From NCBI GenBank assembly GCA_000934665.2, contig KZ538402.1:1-64000 (forward strand): a stretch of 64,000 nucleotides of DNA. The letters are read 5' to 3'. This DNA comes from Catajapyx aquilonaris (taxonomy: Eukaryota). The notes below the pieces were generated by a model. The model was given only the letters and a program-made list of their open reading frames with translations. It did not search any database and was not told where the DNA came from. Shown piece by piece: positions 12,312 through 25,495 of the stretch; the stretch's first letter is position 1; the number at the start of each line of letters is the position of its first letter. Made by a program: the position numbers and the translations under genes.

Positions 12312-14307
12312 TCCTCATGCGCTTATTAAGGGTTGTAGTGCAAACACACACACGGAAAAAAAACACTGCCTTATTTCCAGTCTTTTTTTTATTATTATTA
12401 TCCGTTTTGTCAAAAAAAAAACCAAAAAAAAATCTACTGGGAGTCCAACAAAAATAAACATCCTCTTGAAACAAAAATTGGCAGCAACAAAGACATATGG
12501 CAGGAATTCCTCTACCCAAAATAGAGGGGGTTCCAGCTGACGACGACGTTAGTACCTCGGGGGGGGCAAGGATACCGGAAAGGTAGTTTTAAGTATGTCC
12601 ATAAAATATCACTGTGGTTGCAGACTCGATTTCCTTTCTTTTTGTACAGCAATATTTTCTCGAAGACTCCTTCTTTCTTTTCATATTTTCAAATGGTTCA
12701 TATGGTTATTAAATATCACAGGCTCTGTTTCTCCGTAGTAATTGTCGAGTCTTCTCTTTCTCTCTCTCTCTCTCTCTTTTCTCACTCTTTTTTTTGTGCT
12801 CTCTCTCTCTCTCTCTGGCGCTCTCTGTCTCCGCTGGGAAGGGTTGTCGATTTGGAGAAGAAGAAAAAAAACAACTTGATGGCAAACTGGCAGTGAAGAA
12901 ATGCAGCCGGGGTGTGCAAAAATAGCGCCCTCTTCACCAGATGCGGACACAATCCTGTTCGCTTCCTTTCGGCGAGAGTTGTCCACACATCGAAGAGCGG
13001 CTGGGGCAAATCACACACGCAAACACAACGGACACGGAGAGAGGGGTGAAGGGGAGGAGGTAATGGCTCCTAACCCTGTCCAAGTCCTCGTAACAAAAAA
13101 TATATACGTATATATATAAAAAAGAAACTCTTCCAATCTATTTCCCACATGGTTGGAAAAAAAAGGGGGGGGAGGGCGGGAAGCACAAGAATAATTAACT
13201 CACAATTATTCGCACCTTTCCCTGCTGCAATGCATCGAAAACAATATATATATATACCACTAGTACTGGCAATTAGGAAAACGTGAACTTGAAAGCAACC
13301 AGTATGTCATACGAGATTGCACGTTTTCATAGAAAATGCTGCTCACTTACAATGTTTACAGTTGAAATAAATCAATGTGCATTGCCGCAAGTCATCGCAA
13401 CTTGCGAGTGTGTGAAAAACTCACTGGTTGACATCTCGAAAAAAATATTTACATTTACTTTTTTTTTTTTCTTTTTCATACTTTTTACACACTCACACCC
13501 CCAAAAATGCACGCACACAGTCGCAGCCCCCCCCAGTGTCCGGTTAAACATAACTTACCTATTTACACTTTCAGGTACCACAGTTTTTTTTTTTGTTTTT
13601 TTTTGGTGTTGCCCACGGGGTTGGGAGGAAAAAGTCATGAGCGTGTGTGTATGGAGGCAGGAAAATGTCTTGATGGGAGAAGGGCAAGGAGGACATTCAT
13701 AGTTATACAAAACCTGAAAACGACCATCCTCATTGCCTTTCAGACACTGCAAATGGAGAAGAAAATAAAAGAATGATGCGGAACAACATGATTTTCACAC
13801 TTAAAAAAAAAGAAAAAGAAATACACGCGACACTGCACAAATGGGAAATTTCTCGGAAAGTACTGAAGGAACAGGTACGCTAGTTACGGATTCTTGCAGA
13901 AGGTTTTTTTCTAAGCAGAAATATCTGACTAGAGAATGTCGCCAACAGCAATTTATCAAAATGAAAAAAAAATGGCCAATAATTTTTCAGAGTACGCTAC
14001 TATCTGGAAAATCAAGCGACTAAAAATACGTTGAGGTACTTCAATACTGGAACTTACCTCTCCAGCATGTTAATATAATTCGGCAGCACTAGTCTGAAGT
14101 GATCAGCAAACAAGTCAATCCGCTACGTACTACTCTAATTGGTGGCCACATCATTTTCTCTCCCGTATGTGCAGTGCAGCAGGAAACACAGATGTGTTTT
14201 TAAGTGCATTGATTTTTGGCACGATAAAAAAGTGGCCCAACAGCCTTTTGACGAAACACTCACGGTTTGGTCCCGCCCTGTTGCCGCCTCCGCTGAGAAT
14301 TCCCCCG

Positions 14308-17300
14308 TCAGCTGTCCGAATACGGGTGGTGCTGGTACGGACAGTTATCGTCATTGCATTTCCCCATAAGCTCAAAGTGGCATAGGACCTGCTGCGGGTC
14401 CAGCTTGAATGACGCATCCTGTCCATCGCAGTTTCTGAAAAGGGGAAGAAGGGGGATGGCCGCAGCAACCCTCAGCTCACGTGCAGGATTTTAAACTAAT
14501 ACATCGTGTAACACTCTAAATTAAGCGTGCATATCGGCTTAGAAGATTAATATTACAACAGGTTATTACTAAGAGCATACCTGCTCGTTGGCATCACATT
14601 TTGCAATGGTAAGTGAATCGCATCAATTATTATTAAGCTCGAGTGTCGAGTGTCAGGCAGTACCTTTTCAGTACTCCCACAGGATGTCATCACTTACATA
14701 TGGGGACATAAAAGCTATCAAAGGCACCATGTGGGACGTTGGCCATTACCGCCAAGAGTGGAATCCATCGAGGGGCGAGTGGTACTTCTCCAGCTTGGGA
14801 GACGCTCCATGAAGAGAGCTGTTGGCTGCCAGGTAGGCCAGGTCGTGCGATATGGCATCCATCTCGTCGTTTATGGCGCACTCAGTCGACGCAATGGTGT
14901 CCGGGGATGTCTTCAGCTTCTTTTTTTCTTCGGAGTGAAAAAAAAAAGGCGGTTTAAAATTAAACGAACAAAAATAAGCAATGGCCAGAAACGTACCTGA
15001 ATGCTGCTGAAGCTGTGCCGTCGCCTTCCTCTTTCCCCCGACGATGCCGTTCCTTCCGCCCCCGCTCCTCAGCCACTGTGCGCTTGCGGCCACCTGTTGT
15101 ATCCTGGCTTTCATCCGGGCCACCCCACCCCTTGGCACAGTGTATCTCTGTCCTTTCAGCCGAGAGCCAACCTCCTTGCACTCGGCCACTGCTCCGACAA
15201 ACTGCGACTTGGACGTCTTGAGGTGCTCCCTCATAGTCTTCACGCTCTTCACCAGGCCAGCCACTCCCTTTTCCTTCTCTACCGCAGCATCTTCTGCTTC
15301 CAAGAGCATCTGTCGCAGATGGGCCACCCTCTCGTTCGCCTCCGTAAGCTCAGCCTTCTCCTCATGCACCTTCTTCAGCAGGTTCAGCATGGTATCCAAA
15401 CCCTCCATCACTTCATCTTTACGGCTCGCCACCTCCGCTTCTTTTGTGGTCAGCTCGTCCTCACAACTCTTGTTGGCAATGGAAGCTGCCTTGGTGTCAG
15501 ATGTGGAAGCTTTTGCGGTAGATGTGCTGGCATTAGAAGCGGCTTTGGAAATGACGGAATCCGAGATGCTGCAGAGCACACCATTACTTCCTGCGGTAAC
15601 GGCTGGGCTAGTGGTAACGGTTGGGCTAGTGGTAACCGCTGGGCTCACTCTAACAATCTCGGCTGAAGAATGCATTGCACTACATGCGAAAGTCACAACA
15701 GAAGTAATTGGGCTTGTACTGCACGAAGCAACGGAACTAGCGGTAGAAGGCGGCGTCAATGATTCAGTTTCTGTGACAGCAGGGGCAGAACTAGCATCAG
15801 TCTCGTCAGTAGAACGGGAGAGACGCTTCTTCTGCAGCCGGGTCATGACACCAACGCCTGGAGACGTCTGCAGTGTCTTCCTACGAGGCTTCCTGCGGGT
15901 CTTTGGCTTGGGTTCCTCCTCTTCAACCTTCTTCTTCTGCATGTTGGCAAGAAGCTCAAGACGAAGCTTCTCGGTATCTTCATCAGAATCTAGTGTCATC
16001 AGTTCACAACTCTCCACTGACGTCCCTAGCTTTGCCTCAAGAACCACAGTTTCAGGAATCAAGCAGACACGAGATGAAGTGTGGTCTTCCAGAATGGTTG
16101 AGCAATTAGGTGAATTGTCAGAAGCGCAAGGCAAATTCTGGATTTCCTCCCTCTTTGAATCCGCAGTCACTGGATTTGCCACTTTGTCCGGACTTGAATC
16201 ACCTTGCGTGACCGTCACGTCATTTCCTTTTCCAGTCAAAATCTTAAGAGCACTTCGGGCAGGTGCCTGTCTACCTTTCCGACGCATGTTGTTTATTACT
16301 TGGGTAGGAATCATGGAACCATTCTGACCCAGATTCCCTGCCGCTTTCACAATCTCACTCTCCTTCACACTGTGTTGTGCAATGCAAGTCGTCGCGAGTG
16401 AGGGATCGTGGACTACAGTCAGGTTTGCATTACCAGTTGAGAAGATGCGTGGCTTACTGCTGACCACATTTTGACCCAGGTTTGACACAGAGCTTTCAGC
16501 AAGTTTCTGGATATCTGGAGAATCGCTGACACTTTTCTTCACCTTCACAGCAGGGTGAGGTACCTCAGATACAAGAGAGGTCACACTCTGCGTCAAAAGG
16601 GAATCGGCAATCCAGTGTGAATCCTTCGTCACATTTTGGACCATATTCTGGGCCACACCATTAGCCCCTCTCTTGGCTGTTGACTTAGCCACATCCTCGT
16701 TCTTGGACAGCGCTTGACCCGAACCTTTCATGCCGTTCTGATGTGCAGTGGGCAACACCGCTTGCTTCAAAGCCTTCAGCGCAGAAGTCAACGAAATCTT
16801 TTCCTTTTCCTTTGAACTTAGCAAGTCTTTCAGTGAAGACTTCTGAGGTGTTTTCGGCATCTGAGACCCCTTCCTTTGAGATTTTACTGGCGTCTTCTGC
16901 GGAGAATTCTGCACTGCCTTCTGCGGAGAACTCTGTACTGTCTTCTGCGTAGAACTCTGCACTGTCTTCTGCGGAGAACTCTGCACTGTCTTCTGCGGAG
17001 AGCTCTGTACTGTTTTCTGCGGAGAACTCTGCACTTTCTGCAAAGACTTCTGCACTGCTTTCTGTGGAGAACTTGGTGCCTTCCCTGATGCACCTAGTGA
17101 TGTCTTCTGCGGAGAACTCTGTACTGTGTTCTGTGTAGAACTCTGCACTGTCTTCTGCGGAGAACTCTGCACTGTCTTCTGCGGAGAACTCTGTACTGTC
17201 TTCTGCGGAGAACTCTGCACTTTCTGCAAAAACTTCTGCACTGCTTTCTGTGGAGAACTTGGTGTCTTCCCTGATGCACCTAGTGACGTCTTCTGCGGAA

Positions 17301-20300
17301 GATTCAAGGTTGTCATTTGCAAAGAGTTTTGAATCTTCCTCTGGGCCACCTTCTGAGCTGCCTTCTGCACCGATTTTTGAGCAGCCTTCAAGATGGCTGC
17401 CTTCGGGCTGACGCTATTCACCAGTTTAACCATCTCCCTCTTGCGAATTTCCTGCTTCAAACGCTCGTACTCCACTTGCTGCGATGCGGGGAGGTGCTTC
17501 ACGGACTTTAAAATAAACACAATGGATTACAGGACTAGTTCGTACACATTCACTGATCACTATGATTTAAATAAGAAATTCTTTCATACCTTTGGTGTTT
17601 TACCAAGTTCAGAAGGAGCAGAAACCTTTGGCACGATTGCAGTTGGTTGAACCTCCGCAGAAACCTCCACATGCACAGTAGACCCATTAGTTTTCACATC
17701 CGACTCTTCCCTGCATTTCCTGAGAAGCCTCTCAATTTGGTTCTCAAGCTCGAACATGATTGGTCCTGATTTGGGCTCGGCTGGTGATGGCGCTTGATTG
17801 GGCACTAACTTCGCAATTCTCTCCGGCACGCGCTCTTCTTCGTCTTCGGACTCATCTTCACCCAAGTTTATAACAATCCTTGCAGGCTTAGAGGCTGGGT
17901 ACGTGCCATTCACCGGGGACACAGACGCAACATTCTTGCTAGAACCGCCACCCGAACAATTCTCCGGGCTGTTAGGTATGGTCACTTGGAGCTGCAGCGC
18001 ATTAATTTGGGACTCTCTAGAATGCCGGGTGTGAAAGCGGCTCTTGGAATGGAACGAACCTGACGCCTGGGCACGAACATGATGATTGCGAGACTTTGAA
18101 AGCGAGTATTGGGACTTTACTTTGTAGTCAGGCTTCTGATATGGGTTTGGACGCAGCTGCATCAGAGGCTTTGGTGGTGATTTTATTGGTGACTTCATCA
18201 GTGATTTTATTGGTGACTTTGCAAGTGACTTTGTTGCCTGCTTCAGCTGTGGCTTTGATGATGGCTTCGACTGGGGCTTTGACGGTGGTTTCATCTGGGG
18301 CTTTGATTGTGGCTTCGGCTGAGGCTTTGGTGATTGCTTCAGCTGAGGCTTTGACGATGGTTTCGGCTGGACCTTCACCTCATTCATCCCAAGGTGTTTA
18401 CTGGAATGCTCCTTCTCACTAGTACTTGGCTTCCCTGTGCTAGCCGGTAGCAACTCATCTGGTTTCACGTCCGCTTTTGGCTCAGGAATTGGCTGTGTCT
18501 TGGGTTGAAATTGCTGACTAGTCTCCGAACTTGGCTGGATCTCCAACTCCGATGGCAAGTTTGGCTTTGGCTGCATATGGGGATGCGAACTAGGTTCTGG
18601 GAGTTCTGGCACGATGCTCAGCTCAGTTTGCTTTCCATTTGAAACTGCGTCTGGAATAGGTTCGTCTGGTGGCTGCAAATTCGCATCAGTTTTCTTCGCC
18701 TCCTTCTGCTTACGGGCGATATCAATAAGCAACTGGGCCCTAAGAAACTCCTCGTCCTCGTCATTTTCCTCCTTCTTCTCTGCCTCGACTTCCTTAACTT
18801 CACCTTCAAATCCCACTTCATCCAAAACTATCAGCCCGTCTTCTTCCCACCTCTTAACACCAGGCAGGTCCTCAGAGGGGTCGTAGGGTGAGTCACCAGG
18901 AGTGGGCATGTGCGGGGACTGCATATCTGTCGGACTTGGCAAACTCTCGTCAAAATCGTCTTCAATGTCTCCCTGCTTGAGTTCCTTCTCCATCTCTGCA
19001 GCCGTCTCAGCCACCTTATTACATTCAGAGGGTGCAGGTTGCCTAGCCAGCACACCCACCTTAAAGAGCCTGACCCTCTCGTCAAGATCATTGTCACAGT
19101 CCAATTTCCTCCGCTTCGTAGGAACTTCCGAAGTGATCACTCCGGGAAGGAATGAAGCCATAACCCTAATGTTCTGGGTCAGTAAATCACCTTCCTCCTC
19201 CAAAGTCTTGTTATCCTCGGAAGCTTCGCGTATGCAACTTTGGAGGGCCAGCTTCCTCAATTCGAGCTCCTCTACGTCTTCCTCTTCCGCCACGGCCTTT
19301 TTCTCAACCTTGCTGGCATGACTATCATTGAACCTGGTTTGCTTCCTCTCATGTCTCCTTTTCCGATCTGAGTTCCTTGCAGTATCGGGCTTAGGCTTGT
19401 CCCTACTAGGGGCTCTCTTGTTCCTCTTGTTCTCCTTCCCACCCACCGCATCTGTTAGAGAGGCAACAGCCAATTAAACAGTGTTCGGTCAAGTAGTGTT
19501 ACATGGCAGGTCTGATATTGTGACAAAGGTCTACGTACATACAGTGCAAAAATACTTAATAGTCAAGAACATACTGTCACATTAAACAGAATTAAAGTAG
19601 CGCATTTTTAAGTGAAGCCCATTTTGCTTCATCATGAAAGTTGCAGAACCAACATTTCGAACACATTCATCTTTGTGACGTCTCAAGGTCCGGTTATATG
19701 GTTATATGGTAAGCCAATCACGACAAAAAAAATATTTGCCGAGAATTATCTTGGAAGCTTGAACACACTATTGCCATTCATTTAAAAAGCCAACAACATG
19801 CTGTTCGTCCTAAAGCAATCTTGCTTCAAAATGAAATGCTAACAACAAGCCGCAGCAAGCGATGTACATTCCAGAATTACAAATACAACCGCCAGTGAAA
19901 GTCAAAAGACTGCGTGTGGTCATGCAATAGCAGAGTAGACAAAATCCACACTGTCATTGTGCGAGGTAATGCATGGGTTACTTGCTACCCCCATTTCCAA
20001 AGTAAGTATTGACATGTCAACTTGGTTAAGAATGCATGATGTCAGTTGGCGGGGTCTCCGTTCAGATCAATATTCCTTTCCCCTCTTCAACGGTGACCAA
20101 GTATGGCAGGTGATGAATGAATAAATAAGTAAAACGTAGACCAACGAAACAATACGCATTTTTTGATCTAGGTTTTGTCTTTTCAACGTGCCTGCTCTGC
20201 GATCCTCACCACCATTCCAGTAACGTTCCTCATCACCGTTCCAGTAAGCAGGGATCCGAGCTGGGAGGTTCAGGTACGAGAGGATCCCAGTTTGGTTGAC

Positions 20301-21467
20301 AGTGATCCGGGGTACATACACATCACATCCATACGGGGCTGGGTAAGGGTTGCAGGCAGGAATGCAAGGAGAACACACTGCTAAGAGTGGACAAACCCAT
20401 GCAATTTTGCAGGCAGAAGAAAAAAAAAGCAAGACCGTCACCCAAAATATTGACAAAAAGCTGGTTAAAAAATTACAACAAAGTGACACCTCGACAGGAG
20501 AATTACACACAGATTACACATTAAAGACAATTTTCATGCTCTACTACGTAAACAGGATCAATGTGCGCCCAATCACACACTGACACATCAAACAAACATG
20601 CCAAGAAACCCATCAAGACAGCTCTTAGAAAAAGGCGCACCATCCACGCACATCTGTCCCCCATGCCCAAAGCTTATTTTTATTTACGAGTCCCATATGG
20701 TCTCGTCTGGCGTGTGTGTAAAAAGCCACCCCCCAACCTTTCATCTCAAGTGGCTAGCATGTGTGATGGAGAGAGTCAAGGGCTTGTCCAGCGAAAGATT
20801 GCCATGGCATCATTCTCTCCAACAGTGAACGACAAGGAATAAGTCGCCAGGCAACCCAATTCATTGTTAAAGAGAGTGACGCCATGGCAGCCTTTCGCTG
20901 GACAAAGCTTGTCCAGCGAACGTCATATTATGAAAGCAACGATGCTGAAACGACACTTGCTCTCTCCGCACACATCCGCAATTTTTTAACAGAAAATCAT
21001 TCTCATGTGTTCGCCTAAAAACGGTTGGATGTTCAACGAAATGTAATAATGAACATGCGATGAGAAGTACCTGGAGGCCTCCAGTCCCTTCCCCCGTGCT
21101 GAAACTGGCTTGGTTTCTTCCCCTCTCCCCTCCCTCCCCCCGTATCCTCCTTGCTCCTCTTCTGCGGTGATCTCCAGTCACGAGGAGGGGCAGTTCTCAT
21201 GCCCCTCCTCCGCCGGTCATCGGGGATGGTCCCCCTGAACGGAGGGGAGATTTGAGACCTCCTCCGCATGTAGTGACGGTGGCCGGAAATGATCGGGGGC
21301 GGGGGCGGGGAGGGAAGGGTTTCAGGGGGGCGGGAAGAAGGTGGAGGGGACGAGGAAGTGGGGGGTTTGGCCACCTCTTCGACCAACTCGCCATCCGAGT
21401 CCTCAATCTCCCCTTCTTCAGGGCCCTCATCCTCACTTATGCTCTCCACTTCCATCGACGACATCAT
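14308..21467 (-). CDS. ZFC3H1: ZFC3H1/Red1-like PAXT scaffold, ~1690 aa, ending just after the C3H1 zinc finger
   Basis: Exons 21467-21071, 19451-17590, 17505-14997, 14927-14750 and 14434-14308 give 5073 nt in frame; there is a possible cassette exon at 20338-20192. Motifs: N-terminal EEGEIEDSD, ELRKLALQS / EFLRAQLL helices, HLPASQQVEYERLKQEIRKRE, a coiled coil, YHSPLDGFHSWR, and LDPQQVLCHFELMGKCNDDNCPYQH (zf-C3H1). The likely non-coding first exon has its donor at 26815. Confidence 0.85.
16880..17300 (-). repeat. Coding 24-bp repeat (TVQSSPQK) with a 186-bp higher-order duplication
   Basis: CCCTGATGCACCTAGTGA occurs at 17083 and 17269. The translation has 11 SPQK motifs. Confidence 0.95.
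20192..20338 (-). other. Putative 147-nt phase 1-1 cassette exon of ZFC3H1 with GC donor
   Basis: Pyrimidine tract plus CCCAG acceptor, an open frame (APYGCDVYVPRITVNQTG...RRA), a CAG|GCACGT donor, and a length divisible by 3. Confidence 0.4.
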
Positions 21468-24410
21468 CTGTCCAAGAGTAACACACTAATCCGGGAATTC
21501 CTAGGAGGAAGAGAAATAGTTCAGTTCTTCAGCACATCAGGCTTACTCGTAACAAATCGGGCACCCCAATAAATCTGTCACCGCATCACTTGCAAATCCC
21601 GAATTACTACATATGTGCGGATAAGCTATATAAGAAATTATGTGCAAGTCACATTACTGATAACAGTTAGTTCAAAGTGTAAGCTTCCATATCAATGCAC
21701 AAGAATAAGGCAACATGTATATAGACCCTTGCACAAGTTCAAGATGAGAGTAACTATGAGGCAGAAATAAATGTGGTTAGTTCCACCGCCTTCTACGTCT
21801 AAGGTCGAACAGGTATTTCTTATGTGAAACGAGTTCTTGCTACATTTGCTTATGTTTTCCCCTTTCCTCGCCACAATCGCAATCTATCAGTATTAATGCT
21901 TAAATAAAATCAGGTCACGTAAAGACAGAATCCATCCCTGTATTGATTTCTTGAGTGCATTTACATCACATTATTGTCCGCACTGTCATAGATACATAAA
22001 AATGTGCACATGGCAAACAAATTGTTACAAAAATAATAAAACATATCTGGATATCATTATTGTAGCAACATACATCAGAACTCCCGAAATTAATTTTTGG
22101 GTCTGGCAATTACAATTGCAGATAAAACCAATAATAGAGACATGATAAACGATGGGCAAAAAAGTCATCCAAATACTTTCAGGAGATATTAACATATGAT
22201 CTGGCAGACTTATGCCCGATTGCACAAACAGAAATGAACGATCCGATAGATCCCAATAGAGAGCCCTTTTAACATGTGCTAACGATCTGTTAGGAGCTAT
22301 CGAATCGGTAATTTCCTTGGTGCAATCAGGCATTACGGCAACAAACTAGCAATACAAAATTGTTCGCTATTTGTTGCACTTCTTTGTTAATTGGTACATT
22401 TAACCTGACTTCAACCTCACGTGCCACATGTTTCAATCGAGCAGTAAAAGGCTACACAAAACATTACAAGTCTTCACGCTGCAATTCAATCTCAAAGTGT
22501 CCATTGCCCTAGGTGGCCAACTATTACTTCACAAGCACTGCATTTATTGGCAGTCACTTGCACTAGCCTTGCTATTTTTCCTGCGGCTATTTCTATAACA
22601 AGACCTGGGCAATTTTTCAGAAAGCGTGAAAAAAAAAAAAAAATGCTCAGTCACCTCTCGCTCCACGAAGAGTCTAAATGATGGTTGTGTCTCCTCAACA
22701 CATCTAGTCACAGCAATAAACTTGTTGACAATGTACAAATGTGAAGGTGCTATGCTACAACACAACAAAGTAGCACTTCATATGGTTGGTGGAGCACACG
22801 GAATATTCCAATTATAATACTTACTACTATATGGTACATTATTCACATTATTTAGTGTCAACTGACTGTATTTTGCATGCTGTTGAGACGGCTGGTCATA
22901 TGATTAATGGAAGAGAAGAAAAACATCCCCAAGCCGTCATCCCAACATATTATGATCGGATAAGAAACAGGTCCGTGTGTGAGAGTTAACTTATTTTGAA
23001 AGTCAAAAGTCCAATTGCCCTGTGGCCACAAGTCAATTATTTACATCCAAATATTGCAGCATTCAAATAACCTGTGTACCATTAATCATGGCTCTACTTA
23101 CATAAATTGTGTTCCAATTGGCCTACTCTCGGACCATGGGATCTGGTCATACTCTGTAACAGCTCCCACCATTAGTCAGAGATAGTTCATCACTTTTTTT
23201 ATATATAATCTCAATACTATCACCTTCTGATAACTAGTGCGATAACAACATCATACTCTGAACATGCTTCAGTTTAAAAGTGTAGGCTGTAGACAATGCA
23301 GCGATTAATTTTTGAATCATGCTGATTGTACCCATCCTCCCTACCCCTTTGTTTCTGTAAACTACAATGTACATAAATTATGAATGATTAAACACTGTAT
23401 GCAGTAGTGTCCCTCAGTGGATTAAAACACTGAGGCTAAATAAATTGACGATTGAAAAAAATGAGCCTACGATTACGCTTACAAAATATTTTACCAATCA
23501 TTCCAATAATCACATACATTTAAAACACTGAACACTGCTGTTCAAGTGGTATCACCAACTATACAGTGCATTGTATTTTCCACCAAGCACATCCCCATTG
23601 CGACTCACTAAGCAGATCACATGCATCGATTTCGTAAAGACAACAGAATATTACTCGGGAGAAAGTGCAGGTCTAAACTTAGCCCGCAGCACAGTTGTGT
23701 CTTCTCACAACTGTACTCTGTAATGAGGGCAACCTACAGGAAAAGTTATGGCAACCTGTGCAACAGGAATGTACCAGCAGTGCAATTCCATATCGTCAAT
23801 TGCTATTGTGTCAGCTGATATGTCCCCGTGCATGTGCACATTTCACACAGTGGCTTCAAACTGCTGATGAACATATCGGCTCAGTGTATCACAATTAGCT
23901 CATGCAATGTTGCATTGTTCTTGACACTGCAATCGCAGCGTTATAAGACCTGTCAGAGATTCAGCTAAGCTCAAGTGCTGTCATGGAATTTCAATGTATA
24001 TGGGTCAAAAGGTGGCATGAGAATGCTAAGAATGTGCTGACTTGTGAGCGTCACTGACCGGGGTGAGCCAAACAACACTCAGGACAAAACAGCCTCATAA
24101 AACTTGATCTTTAGAACTTCCCATAATGAACATGTTGAAATGTTCCTTAATGTGGCAAAGGGATATGATGCAGACTCTATCAACCCATGCCTCTGAATCA
24201 TTTCCCGCTCTGATTATGCTTTCCTGCCTTAAACGTCAGCCTTTTTCCATATATCCTTGTTACAACGTGAAAAGCCATGTATGATCAAAACTGCTTCGTT
24301 ATTAGTAGAACCAATAATTTCTACTCTTGTTTAAGAGTTTAATAGTTTATTATGACTACTTGTAATGTATTGCATGTAATTATCTCATAAAACACCAGAT
24401 GAAAACACAT

Positions 24411-24486
24411 TGGGTGGAATTTTCGTCCCACTGCTAGTTACTGATAAGTTAGCAGTAATTAGCAGTGGGACGAAAAATTCAACCCA
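24411..24486. repeat. ~76-bp near-perfect palindrome
   Basis: TTTTCGTCCCACTGCTAGTTACTG ... CAGTAATTAGCAGTGGGACGAAAA pairs at 23/24 positions, plus outer TGGGTGGAA/TTCAACCCA. Confidence 0.85.
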
Positions 24487-25495
24487 TTGTAACTAGTGGG
24501 ACTTACAAGTTTAAATCATGCAGATATGAGCACACGGCACTAGGATTTCTTACGACTCTGAATCTCTTTAGTCGCTCAAGGAAAATGTCGGAAAGAAAAC
24601 CTTGACTACTGTGCATGATAAAACATAAAGCACTATTTTACTATTCCAACTATTCATTAATGTGCAGATATGGGTAAAAAACATGTGCAAAACAATATTT
24701 CATGCCTATGGGAGGTGCACATGAACAAGTGATGGCCAACCACTTCACATAATCTAAAGGTGGGAGGAAAAAATCCCAAGGTTAGTATCACGCCTGAATT
24801 ATTCATCATGACAAGAATATTTCTATGGGAACTTAGCTACAATGTTGCATTACTTTATTTGCTGAGTAAAGCAAGAAATCTGCACTTCCCCCCAACTATC
24901 GGTAGAGTGAGATAAATCAACACATGGTCATTTCTATGTACACATCTGGGGTGAAATTTTTGTTGCCTTGTTGGGGTTAGCCTAAATGTACACATTCTTT
25001 ATGTTCATGTCAATACTCGAGACCTTATCCTTTTCTACAAAACTGCTTCGTCACATCTTCGACACAGATGTCGACCGCCCTGCCATACAATGTAACATGT
25101 TTGGCGCAGCATAGCCATGCTTTTCCGCCACTAAAAGGCAAGTCAATCAATCATCCCATCTTTGAACACAGCACTTCTTTCTCCTTGCTCTTTACAGATC
25201 AGCTTTTAAGCATGTAGCCTCCAATAGGAATAGGTGCTCAACAGTGGTCTGGCAATCTCTGCCAGCTCCGTAACGCAGGTGAAAATTTCACATCTGTTAA
25301 TCCCCATCCAAAGGGATAGGTCGTACAGTATTCGCATTGTAATCCAAGGTCAAAAATATCGGGTCAGTTAAATCACCATGTTAAAACATAAAGTACCAAC
25401 ATATGATGTTTTATCAACTTTAACACCATGAGTATGTTGCTGTTGCAGTGTTACATAACATTTTGATACCTAAAATGTAAACCGCAAAACATTAA

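Noticed and set aside
14928..14996. Continuous coding through 14928-14996 (and 39011-39073) as in the ORF track
   Set aside because: Both are stop-free 3n introns with canonical GT-AG ends and T-rich composition. Retention is possible but unsupported.
15001..16327. Long plus-strand ORFs (427 aa, 221 aa) as separate genes
   Set aside because: They are antisense shadows of the large ZFC3H1 exon, with no motifs or splice structure of their own.
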